From Bdellovibrionales bacterium (GTDB taxonomy: Bacteria > Bdellovibrionota > Bdellovibrionia > Bdellovibrionales > JAMPXM01): a DNA stretch of 15,363 nt. The translations under genes were made by a program, and so were the position numbers. Under the pieces are notes generated by a model, which was given only the letters and a program-made list of their open reading frames with translations, made no database searches and was not told the DNA's origin. Within the stretch, counting starts at the first letter, position 1, and every line of letters starts with the position of its first letter. The DNA is taken from the NCBI GenBank assembly GCA_043739185.1, contig JAYUEN010000226.1, positions 1 through 15,363 on the forward strand, read 5' to 3'. Shown one piece after another: positions 7,817 through 15,363 of the stretch.

Positions 7817-8077
7817 GCACCTGATTGAGTCCGCCCTTCACAATCCGTGAGGGCGGCGAGGTGCTGACACGAGTGGAAACTGTTGATTCTCTCCAGTCCG
7901 ACCGCGCACGCGGCATGAGTGGCGTGACAGACCGTAGGGCTGGCGCGTCTCATGCGAAGGACTGAAATAGAGAGAAGCAATAGTTGAAACGCCAAACTTA
8001 AAAACCAGGGATCAATGAACTTTGACTGAAGACGAGTTGCTTCGAGACAAATAGGCGAAGCGTCTGGAAAGACGCTT
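7817..8077 (+). other. Cluster of long imperfect hairpins in the intergenic region upstream of the acidic protein gene
   Basis: Hairpin 7817-7864 (GCACCT/AGGTGC; CCGCCCT-CAC/GTGAGGGCGG); multi-segment hairpin 7878-7985; perfect hairpin AAGCGTCT-GGAA-AGACGCTT 8058-8077. Confidence 0.7.
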
Positions 8078-8284
8078 ACGGGTTTTGCTTTAATGCAGCT
8101 TTGGTAACTGAGTTGTTTGGCTTTTCTTTGAAGAATCTGGGCGATCCCCATGTTGAAGTCCGCGATTCATACACAACTTTGGCTTGAGCCCGACATATCC
8201 AATTCTGTAGAACCTCAAGTCGTCCGGTAGCCGCAAACACAAGCACCACGCCCACGACCACGCAAAAAGTTTATCTAAGTTCAT
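8076..8284 (-). pseudogene. Small membrane protein (~69 aa) broken by a 1-nt frameshift near 8257
   Basis: GGAGG-N6-ATG at 8284 overlaps the upstream stop and reads MNLDKLFAW. Adding one G after TGG joins it to VVGVVLVFAATGRLEVLQNWI..AQAKVVYESRTSTWGSPRFF, giving one hydrophobic helix. Confidence 0.65.
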
Positions 8285-8930
8285 ACTTGCCTCCATTTTT
8301 GATGATTAAAATTTCCTGTTCAAAGCGCTGGACGATATTTCGAATAGCAGCCCAGCTCCATTTTTTACCTTCACGGGATTTGATTTTTTGTATGTCCAAT
8401 TTTTGATTGATTTGATGGATGGTCCGCCCCTCAGCCCACAGCCGATGAATCTTGAGCAACACAGGAAATTCAGTTGGATGTTTAGTCAAAGCGCCTTCGA
8501 AGTAACAGAATCCATAAAACGGCCTAGCGCCCGATTTAGCTTTCTGTTGCAGCACTGCCGTCCGTGTTGTCACAGTACGGGCGGGTCTCATGCTAACTTT
8601 GCTCTTTTTAAGGATCTTCAAAATCGTCTGTTTTGAACAGGAATAGAGGCCCGCTATGTCCGACGCAGAACTGCCAGAAAGATACTTTTCGACTATTTCC
8701 TTGGAATAATCGACCCTTTCTGAGATACAGATTTGAGTGATTCCAAGGGGTTGCATTCGTTTGGATATTGATGCGCTTGGATCACCATAATTGACAACCC
8801 GAGAAAAAGAGACCGGCAGATTAGAATCTGTCGGTTTTTTGTTTTTAAAGGGGATAACGTTATTTTCGTAACCACCATTTTTAAAAATGCCATTAGCCGT
8901 TGGGCCTGACTCAATCGGCATAAAGCTCAT
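8271..8930 (-). CDS. HTH + serine-recombinase DNA-binding ('Recombinase') domain protein lacking a catalytic resolvase domain; start uncertain
   Basis: HTH-like EKYLSGSSASDIAGLYSCSKQTILKIL, then PFYGF......E...L..I..L...G.T...I...L......R.GKKWS...I..I, typical of the domain that follows the catalytic domain in large serine recombinases. No Y-x-R-x-S motif. Confidence 0.7.
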   Translation of the reverse strand: MSFMPIESGPTANGIFKNGGYENNVIPFKNKKPTDSNLPVSFSRVVNYGDPSASISKRMQPLGITQICISERVDYSKEIVEKYLSGSSASDIAGLYSCSKQTILKILKKSKVSMRPARTVTTRTAVLQQKAKSGARPFYGFCYFEGALTKHPTEFPVLLKIHRLWAEGRTIHQINQKLDIQKIKSREGKKWSWAAIRNIVQRFEQEILIIKNGGKYELR

Positions 8931-8936
8931 TAGCTC

Positions 8937-9341
8937 TTACGCCCCCGGATAAAGATCATATTGGGGAACTTCCTTTTCGAGTTCATAATAATCGCCTTTA
9001 TTGGCAACAAAAATATGCCTTTCGATTTTTACGTTCGTTGGACCATTGAATGCACCAAGAGAGAGACCAATCCAATCTCCTCGAGTCGGCTCAAAAAATA
9101 AAGGCGAACCGCAGGTCGAACAGAATCCGCGACGTGCTTTTTCCGAGGATTGATACCAAGTCAAATTCTCAATACCGTAAATCTTCACTGAAGACCTTGA
9201 AACATCAACCCCGGCCTCATAGTGTCCCGTACTTTTCCTGCACTTCGTGCAATGACAGGCACTTCCAGGAGGAAGCGGGCCTGAAACTTCAAAACTAACA
9301 GATCCGCAAAGACAAGATCCCTTATGTAACTTTTCATTCAT
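8937..9341 (-). CDS. GFA family (glutathione-dependent formaldehyde-activating / CENP-V-like) Zn protein, 134 aa
   Basis: GSCLCGSV, CHCTKCRK and RGFCSTCGSPLF motifs; GAGGAG RBS before ATG 9341. Confidence 0.92.
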   Translation of the reverse strand: MNEKLHKGSCLCGSVSFEVSGPLPPGSACHCTKCRKSTGHYEAGVDVSRSSVKIYGIENLTWYQSSEKARRGFCSTCGSPLFFEPTRGDWIGLSLGAFNGPTNVKIERHIFVANKGDYYELEKEVPQYDLYPGA

Positions 9342-9366
9342 AAAAACTCCTCGTATTTCAATAGCA

Positions 9367-9531
9367 TCAGTTTTTAAGGGCTTCAAAGCCGATTTTTACA
9401 ATCTTGCTAATCGTCGCAGAGCCTTTATCAAAATCCACATTTCCATTGAGAAAGATCGCAACGGCTAGAATCCCTTTGTTATCTGAAAGCGTGATGAGCC
9501 CCGTGTCGTTCAGGCAATCGCGATTACTTCC
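9367..9531 (-). pseudogene. C-terminal remnant of a class A beta-lactamase-like serine hydrolase (54 codons, no start)
   Basis: Translates to GSNRDCLNDTGLITLSDNKGILAVAIFLNGNVDFDKGSATISKIVKIGFEALKN*. This resembles the region after KTG in class A enzymes (G....ND.G.I.......AVF.....helix). It is not in the ORF track. Confidence 0.6.
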
Positions 9532-10416
9532 TTAAAGCAGAAAATCCCCTAAAGATGTGATATCAACGGCACAGTGGCCTCCATAGATAGGGCGCCATTG
9601 GATTTTGAAATTCTTTTGTTTTGCGATCCTTGATAATTCCTGAGATCCCTCGAAATTTCCGTATTTGTCGTATAGGTCTGCTGAAAGGTAATACTCGGTA
9701 CTTTTTGGCGCTGTCATGCTCTTCAAAATCTCAATCGGAGCTATATCATTCCATTCGGCCTCGTCGCTGACATAGTCCTTTGCAAGACTTATGATCCCAT
9801 AAATAACTAAGGGTTCAGCTCCGGTTCGCTTTATCGTTTCGGACATTTTGGAAATCGACGAATATGGGCTAGCGTCTTTATAAACTCCAGGGCAGAGAGC
9901 CGCGACTTTGCGAAAAAGCTGAGGGGACCGCAATCCGACAATGAGCGCATTTAATCCGCCCATAGACTCGCCAAAAACTGCCCGATAGGAGGGCTGTCCG
10001 ATTTTGGATTCAACCGTTGGAATCACCTTGTCGATGAAGCTTTGTAGTAAACCACTTTTGGTTGCTTTTCCCTTTGGTGTTAGAAGCCAAACAGGGCCGA
10101 ACGAAACTGTAACGACAATTGGTGGCTTGACGTTCGACTCACTCCAGTAATTCTGAAGCATAGATGTATAAAATGTGTCATCGTTCCATGTTTTCTCATC
10201 CAAGTTTCGACCGTGGAGCAAATAAGCAATCCCATCGTTTGTGCCTTGTTTTGCCCGATGGATGCAATACCTCCAACTGATATCATCTGAAGAATAGCAT
10301 TCCCGATCGGCGGGATTGTAAGCTACGGCTTGGTCGCCGTGAGATGAAGTTATGTAGCTCCAGCCAAAATATGCAATCAGCACCAAAACAAATAAAATCC
10401 CCGCTAATCTTTTCAT
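9532..10416 (-). CDS. Alpha/beta hydrolase, putative esterase with N-terminal membrane anchor or signal
   Basis: YLLHG oxyanion region, nucleophile elbow GESMGG, C-terminal GGH, hydrophobic N-terminus. Confidence 0.88.
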   Translation of the reverse strand: MKRLAGILFVLVLIAYFGWSYITSSHGDQAVAYNPADRECYSSDDISWRYCIHRAKQGTNDGIAYLLHGRNLDEKTWNDDTFYTSMLQNYWSESNVKPPIVVTVSFGPVWLLTPKGKATKSGLLQSFIDKVIPTVESKIGQPSYRAVFGESMGGLNALIVGLRSPQLFRKVAALCPGVYKDASPYSSISKMSETIKRTGAEPLVIYGIISLAKDYVSDEAEWNDIAPIEILKSMTAPKSTEYYLSADLYDKYGNFEGSQELSRIAKQKNFKIQWRPIYGGHCAVDITSLGDFLL

Positions 10417-10651
10417 GGGGGAATTCTACATCGGATATTGGACGAAGTCACCGCCTAGTGATTAGGATCATCCAAATTAGCAATGCTCGATTTTCAGGAG
10501 GTAACTCCGCAAATGTGTCCTCGGCTGGCTGTTCGACTTGTGCCTATTTTTTTGTTTCGATAATAAGGACAATATCGAATGGCCAAAAATTTATGAAAGA
10601 CTGGCCTGTGAATTTTTGAGCGTATTCAGCACGTGCTTATTCTTTCGATTT

Positions 10652-10969
10652 TTAATCTATTAGATTCTTATTTACTCTTTCCCCAAAGCAATTAAATTTG
10701 TGGTTTTTGTCTTTGGCAAATTCTTTTTCGCTAGCAAAAGTGAGTATTTTGAAACTATCAGGATCCGCATCGGCTTTAATCACTTGAAAGCTGTCTAAAT
10801 CAACGTCCTTTACTTCTTTCTCTTGTTTCCCAAAGCCGCCCGGCTGAGTACTTACAAAGTACAGTGTTTTATTTTTTATGTGATAACCTAATTGCTTCAT
10901 CTCTAGAAATAGCCAGATAACAACTAAAAATACGAAGCCAATAAAAATAATGATAAGCCACTTCACCAA
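10652..10969 (-). CDS. Short membrane-anchored DKNYY-family-like protein, probably truncated
   Basis: N-terminal TM helix; DVDLDSFQVI / DADPDSFKIL...FAKDKNH resembles the DKNYY repeat unit. Only about one unit is present. Confidence 0.55.
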   Translation of the reverse strand: MVKWLIIIFIGFVFLVVIWLFLEMKQLGYHIKNKTLYFVSTQPGGFGKQEKEVKDVDLDSFQVIKADADPDSFKILTFASEKEFAKDKNHKFNCFGERVNKNLID

Positions 10970-11075
10970 AACAAAATCTTTATTGAGGCAATATATAAAG
11001 TCAATCCCCTAGCTTTCAATTTGAAATTTTAGGAGCGAGGCCGTACCTTTGATTTTATACAGGTGAAGTTTCAGA

Positions 11076-11513
11076 CTAAAACTTTTTTTCGCAAATCAGG
11101 CTGACGTTTTCATCGCGAAGTCTCTGATTGCCAGGCGGATTTCTAAGATCAAACGAATCAAAAGAAGCTGTTGATAAAAGCCCGGACTTCTCTTTCTGCC
11201 GAATGAGTTTAGTTGAGACCGCTAGATCCATTTTCATGGTTCTTCCTTCAATTTTTGCTTTCGATTCTGCATAAAAGCAAGTTCCTATAACTTTGCAGGT
11301 ATTTTCATTTTGTATAATCGTGTAGGTAACCAATGAGTTCATGGACTCAAGGAGAGTAATTTTGAGCTCTCCCGAAGAGCTTCGGATCACGTTGACACTA
11401 TAGCCGGTATGGCGTCCGCTGAGAATTTCGCAGCTGTAGAGTCGGTCCGCTGCATAGCCCGAAACAGAAAAACAAACGGCGCCCAAGCCAATCGCGAATT
11501 TGAAAAAATTCAT
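11076..11513 (-). CDS. Secreted hypothetical protein, 145 aa
   Basis: AAGGAG RBS before ATG 11513; signal peptide MNFFKFAIGLGAVCFSVSGYA; several Cys. Confidence 0.8.
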   Translation of the reverse strand: MNFFKFAIGLGAVCFSVSGYAADRLYSCEILSGRHTGYSVNVIRSSSGELKITLLESMNSLVTYTIIQNENTCKVIGTCFYAESKAKIEGRTMKMDLAVSTKLIRQKEKSGLLSTASFDSFDLRNPPGNQRLRDENVSLICEKKF

Positions 11514-11551
11514 ATATGTCTCCTTGAATAAGGGAAGATTTGATTTTGATG

Positions 11552-11560
11552 ATTGTAGCA
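11552..11560 (-). promoter_or_regulatory. Possible extended -10 promoter element (TGcTACAAT)
   Basis: TGn-TACAAT about 40 nt upstream of ATG 11513. Confidence 0.4.
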
Positions 11561-11853
11561 CAACTTTCATGCGCAATTAATATAACGATTTTGATCTGTA
11601 AAAAAGTAAGAGGCTTGGCCCTTTCTCGCGCTTCAATGGGAGGTCATTAAAACCTTGTCTCCTTTAAAAATCTCTTGAAATGTGTGCACCCCAAATATTG
11701 AACTTTCAAATTTGAAAACTAAATATTCAGTAAAATTATATCGAGCTGTTTTCATAGGGAAATTGAATTTTTTATCTAGATACAGCCGCTATCTATCGGG
11801 CTCATTTCAAACGTGATAGGTTCCGTTGAAACTCTTAACAAAGGAAATTTTCT

Positions 11854-12321
11854 ATGAAACGCCTCATCCTAATTTTCGCGACTCTAACACTAGGCACATT
11901 TGCGCAAGCCTCAAATCTTGAATGTGTAAATCGTGGTCGAGCGACTGCTCCTTCGCAGTCAGACATCAGCTTCAAAGCTCAAATTGCTTCCCCTACTCAA
12001 CTTCGTAATATTGTTGTAATATCAAAAGGAGCCAACGGAGGGACTTCTGACAGCGTCGGTACTGCTAGACAAAATGTTTGTGATGCTTCATCTAACTACA
12101 ATCCTCGCAAATTTGTAGATGCAAATCAGTTTGTTTTAGAGCTAAAGAACGATAAAAAGAATCAATGGGGTACGGCAGTAGATGAGTGCCAATTCATTTT
12201 GATGATTCCAAAAACAATAACATATTTTCAGCCAGGCGTTCATTTTACAATTCCAATGCTGGTTCATTGCGATCAAAGCGGTGGACGTGAGGATCTCAAT
12301 TGCAATATCACTAGCTATTAA
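11854..12321 (+). CDS. Secreted hypothetical protein, 155 aa, Cys-containing
   Basis: AAGGA RBS; signal peptide MKRLILIFATLTLGTFAQA. Confidence 0.85.
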   Translation: MKRLILIFATLTLGTFAQASNLECVNRGRATAPSQSDISFKAQIASPTQLRNIVVISKGANGGTSDSVGTARQNVCDASSNYNPRKFVDANQFVLELKNDKKNQWGTAVDECQFILMIPKTITYFQPGVHFTIPMLVHCDQSGGREDLNCNITSY

Positions 12322-12471
12322 GTTTCAATTATATTCATGCGTTAATTTCTGGATAGAGATTACGTGTGAATGCGAGAAAACAATGCTAAAATCGCTCGAT
12401 GTCTAAGCATATACTTAAATTACGATCGAAGCTTATTGCCATTCGATTTCTTTCAGTTTTATCATTTTAAA

Positions 12472-12819
12472 ATGACTCAAACAAATTTTATGACGGCAAT
12501 TGTGGCAATATTTGTGTTTGGTTCTTCAATCATTGCGAATTCCGAGTCTCCCCGTCACTCACTCAAATCTTTGTCGTCCAATGATCTCTCGGATGCCAAT
12601 TGTCCGAAAGGTTGGAAGATCATTGTCTTAAACCTAGGCAAGGGTGGCTTCAATTGCGAATCATTGACTTGCGCATGCCACGACTCAAGTAAAGACAAAT
12701 GCAACAGCACTGGTAAGAAACTGTCTGAAGTAAAACTACCTGAAAAGGACAAATGGGAATGTTTTGTTGCTCCAGCGGGTTGTATCTGGTGTGGCCCCAA
12801 AAGCCAGGGTGCCACCTAG
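12472..12819 (+). CDS. Small secreted Cys-rich protein (~115 aa, 8 Cys)
   Basis: Hydrophobic segment TAIVAIFVFGSSIIANS after ATG 12472 (or 12490), followed by 8 cysteines. Confidence 0.6.
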   Translation: MTQTNFMTAIVAIFVFGSSIIANSESPRHSLKSLSSNDLSDANCPKGWKIIVLNLGKGGFNCESLTCACHDSSKDKCNSTGKKLSEVKLPEKDKWECFVAPAGCIWCGPKSQGAT

Positions 12820-12998
12820 GACGATGAACCCAATTATCGCCAAGGCGAAGTCTGTCATTTTTGCTTAGAAGTTAGTCGATATCAAATTGCAAATAATATG
12901 CTCACTTTGATAAATGAGTTTTGTCTAAAGACCCGGTCTCATAGAGTAATTTCTAATCCTGACTGAAGCTGCCTGAATCAATTTGAAGCTGATAAAAA

Positions 12999-13014
12999 TG
13001 GTCTAAACCTTGCT
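12999..13014 (+). promoter_or_regulatory. Possible sigma-54-type -24/-12 element
   Basis: TGGTCTAAACCTTGCT has the GG-N10-GC spacing and TTGC, about 90 nt upstream of ATG 13103. The CAC positions do not match. Confidence 0.3.
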
Positions 13015-13102
13015 TTGATAACTACCAATTGGGACTTAAGAATGAACTAAGTCATTTTGAAATTGATGAAAAAACAGATACAGATTTGAAATCGAGATAT
13101 TT

Positions 13103-14326
13103 ATGACTTTAAGAAACTTTTTTTATTTCTTTGCAATTTTAATTGGCATTGTTTTGAAGAGTCGACACATATACGCAGCCAACGTAGGCGATTTACCAAA
13201 ACATACGGAAGCCGAGATTTCGGACGTCGTGACCAAATCAGTTTATCAAGCTTTGCGTGATGCTCGAACATTAAAACTTCCTGAACTGAACTTGTACGAG
13301 TCACTAATCAACAAAATTGAAAGCAACGCTTTACCTTCACAAAGAGCTCTCAAGGTTTTGCAGAAAGATTTTCGCGTTTATCAGATTGCTGCCGGTAGCA
13401 ACGGCAATGGTGGTGAGAGCGGTGGTGGTGGCGACTGGCTTGAGTCACAGTTTTATCCAATTTTTGATTCTATTCCTCAATTGCTTCTTGAACTCGGACA
13501 AGGGCAAGTTCGAGCTCAAGGCTTTACACAACTGATAAAAGAAATTGAAGTGCTTATATCCGAAAAACCTCTGTATTTGGGTGGCGATGAAGTTCCTCAA
13601 ATTAATTTATTTCCATTTGAGAAAAAAATAATTCTTTATCGAATTGATTGGGAAAAAAAGTTCCTTAACGGTGATTCTATTCGGCAGCAACTTTTTGAAA
13701 TATTAGATGCCTATTTTAGCGGAAATACTTTTAATGATTTGAACTTAAAAGCACGGGACCTCAACTTTCCTCAACCTGCACTCATTTCGAATCTGAGCTT
13801 GGGTGAATACGAAGTCGAATTGGGAGCTGATAAAACGTCATGTCTCGTAAATGTAGAGCTTGATAAATTGATGGGTCAAGTATCTCTCAAGTCCGTTTGC
13901 AATGATACTCGATTGAACCAAAGCTATATTTGCAAAAACAATCAAATGAATCATTGTTTGGGTCAGAAAATTAATGATCACGAGTTTCAGCTTCGGGCAT
14001 TGTCTCGGCAACATCTCTGGGTGGGCTCTACTTTAAAACTACAGGATGAGGACGAAGGTCTTTTGCTAACAAGCAAATCAGCCATTGAATTAAAAACTGA
14101 GCATTACGGTCTCGGTTACTCTCAAGTAAATGCCTTAAACCGCGAAGAAGATATGGTTGATATATGTCGAAGAGCTGCCATTCAAGCTCAAGAGCAAGCT
14201 TTATCACGTTGCCAAAAGACGGTAAATTTAACGTGTGTTCCCGCTGGGATTTTGGGTGATCCGCCAAATCATAATCTAAAAACATGTGCGGCAAAGGCGA
14301 TCGCAAGACCTCAAAAGGCGAGGTAA
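13103..14326 (+). CDS. Secreted hypothetical protein, 407 aa
   Basis: Long ORF with signal-like N-terminus, Gly-rich GNGGESGGGGD motif and Cys-rich C-terminus. Confidence 0.85.
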   Translation: MTLRNFFYFFAILIGIVLKSRHIYAANVGDLPKHTEAEISDVVTKSVYQALRDARTLKLPELNLYESLINKIESNALPSQRALKVLQKDFRVYQIAAGSNGNGGESGGGGDWLESQFYPIFDSIPQLLLELGQGQVRAQGFTQLIKEIEVLISEKPLYLGGDEVPQINLFPFEKKIILYRIDWEKKFLNGDSIRQQLFEILDAYFSGNTFNDLNLKARDLNFPQPALISNLSLGEYEVELGADKTSCLVNVELDKLMGQVSLKSVCNDTRLNQSYICKNNQMNHCLGQKINDHEFQLRALSRQHLWVGSTLKLQDEDEGLLLTSKSAIELKTEHYGLGYSQVNALNREEDMVDICRRAAIQAQEQALSRCQKTVNLTCVPAGILGDPPNHNLKTCAAKAIARPQKAR

Positions 14327-14328
14327 GC

Positions 14329-15363
14329 TTGAAATTCTTTCTGTTTATTTTTTTTTGCGCCTCACTTCCTTTTATTGAACTCCATGCAACAATCCTAAGC
14401 CCTATTGAAAAGTTAGCTCTAATAAGTGAATTTAAGTTGAGAGCTCAGCGACTCATTTCGAAACTCGACCAATATAATCCTGATGATTTAGATTCTCTCA
14501 AGCTTCAAGTTTTAATCGAATCGACAGAAATTGAAATTTCTGACGAGCATCTCATTCTGGTTATTGAAGATAAGGTGGCGTTTAAAGATGCAATCAATTT
14601 CTTTCCGGATGAAAGAAAAATTATTCTTGATGGGCGGCGCTGGGCCTCTTTTTTTCAAAGACAACTCGATACCGATACCTTGATATATCATGAGTATGCT
14701 CCTGGGATTAATCTTTTCGGAAACGACAAAAAATTTATTTCAGCGCGACGAAAGAAGTTCGGCTCAAACGAAAATGTTTCTTATAACAAGGATGTCAATG
14801 GCATATTTACTTCTGAAACGCAGGCGAGCAACTATGACCTCTGTGTGCCGCAGGTCCAAATTTTAGGTGAACCGAATACTGTTGCGATCACCTATACCAA
14901 TCGTACTTCGATTTTCTGTACAAGAAGTCTCGAGGCCGCCACCATATATACTTGTAGCGGACCACATCTGAAGGGGTGTCGCCGAAATACAAAATTTGGA
15001 GGCGAGGAACTCACCTTTACAACTCGTGATAACTTTTATATCAAACGTACGGATGCGGTTTTTGCCGGAAATTCACCAATAGCTTACTTTTCAAGGTTGA
15101 TTGATTTCATACCGCCCCAAGTTGATCTATTTGAAGGATCTAATGCAAATTGGAATCATAAGTTTGGCGGCGACAAACAAAGATCGTGCGAAGATGCGTA
15201 CCTACGGGCGAAGCAAGATGCCACCCAAATTTGTGAGGCCTATCTTATTGCCCATAAGCTTTCAAAAGAGTCGCGTTGCGAAGAAAGAGACTCGGATATT
15301 TTCATTGATATCGAGAACGCTTGCTCCCGCAATGTGATGATGAAAATTGTAAATCCCATTTAA
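14329..15363 (+). CDS. Secreted hypothetical protein, 344 aa; probable paralogue of 13103-14326
   Basis: TTG 14329 follows GAGG and lies 2 nt after the upstream stop; signal-like KFFLFIFFCASLPFIELHA; DAINFFP...IIL...RW...LIYHEY; Cys-rich C-terminus. Confidence 0.82.
   Translation: MKFFLFIFFCASLPFIELHATILSPIEKLALISEFKLRAQRLISKLDQYNPDDLDSLKLQVLIESTEIEISDEHLILVIEDKVAFKDAINFFPDERKIILDGRRWASFFQRQLDTDTLIYHEYAPGINLFGNDKKFISARRKKFGSNENVSYNKDVNGIFTSETQASNYDLCVPQVQILGEPNTVAITYTNRTSIFCTRSLEAATIYTCSGPHLKGCRRNTKFGGEELTFTTRDNFYIKRTDAVFAGNSPIAYFSRLIDFIPPQVDLFEGSNANWNHKFGGDKQRSCEDAYLRAKQDATQICEAYLIAHKLSKESRCEERDSDIFIDIENACSRNVMMKIVNPI

Noticed and set aside
8058..8077. Intrinsic terminator
   Set aside because: Perfect hairpin but no adjacent U-tract on either strand, so it is kept only as part of the hairpin cluster.
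7789..8151. 120-aa minus-strand ORF and the 43-aa N-terminal extension of 7350-7916
   Set aside because: Both cross the hairpin region and lack an RBS. The AGGAG before ATG 7787 defines the more likely start.
8865..8885. tRNA 3'-end att site (ACCACCA)
   Set aside because: No T-arm (GTTCGA) upstream and no partner repeat in the window.
10344..10650. ORF 10344-10619 (+) or a degraded minus-strand gene in this gap
   Set aside because: No recognisable similarity. The minus frame is interrupted by a stop and cannot be supported.
12555..15337. ORFs 12555-12815, 13101-13304, 13317-13535, 14028-14306 and 15101-15337
   Set aside because: Alternative-frame or antisense shadows of better-supported secreted-protein genes.

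Overview
The window looks like an accessory or mobile island. Its secreted-protein motifs suggest a Bdellovibrionota-like host, which is an inference. The left half is a tightly packed minus-strand operon: a Zn-ribbon amino-DNA methyltransferase, an McrB-like AAA+ GTPase with a ~90-aa insert, a divergent McrC-like nuclease, an SfsA-family nuclease and a DUF2779-like PD-(D/E)xK nuclease. The last gene breaks off at ~232, where a densely self-complementary noncoding stretch (1-232) begins. This MTase + McrBC + SfsA + DUF2779 arrangement is the best candidate for an undescribed defence system. Upstream is a mobile-element-like module: an HTH/recombinase-domain ORF with no catalytic domain, a frameshifted small membrane protein, long hairpins and a very acidic Zn-finger protein. 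Next come a GFA protein, a C-terminal remnant of a class A beta-lactamase-like gene, an esterase and a DKNYY-like remnant. The right end holds several secreted proteins, including two tandem paralogues. I found no rRNA, tRNA or CRISPR array. Family calls come from motif recognition by eye, not database searches.
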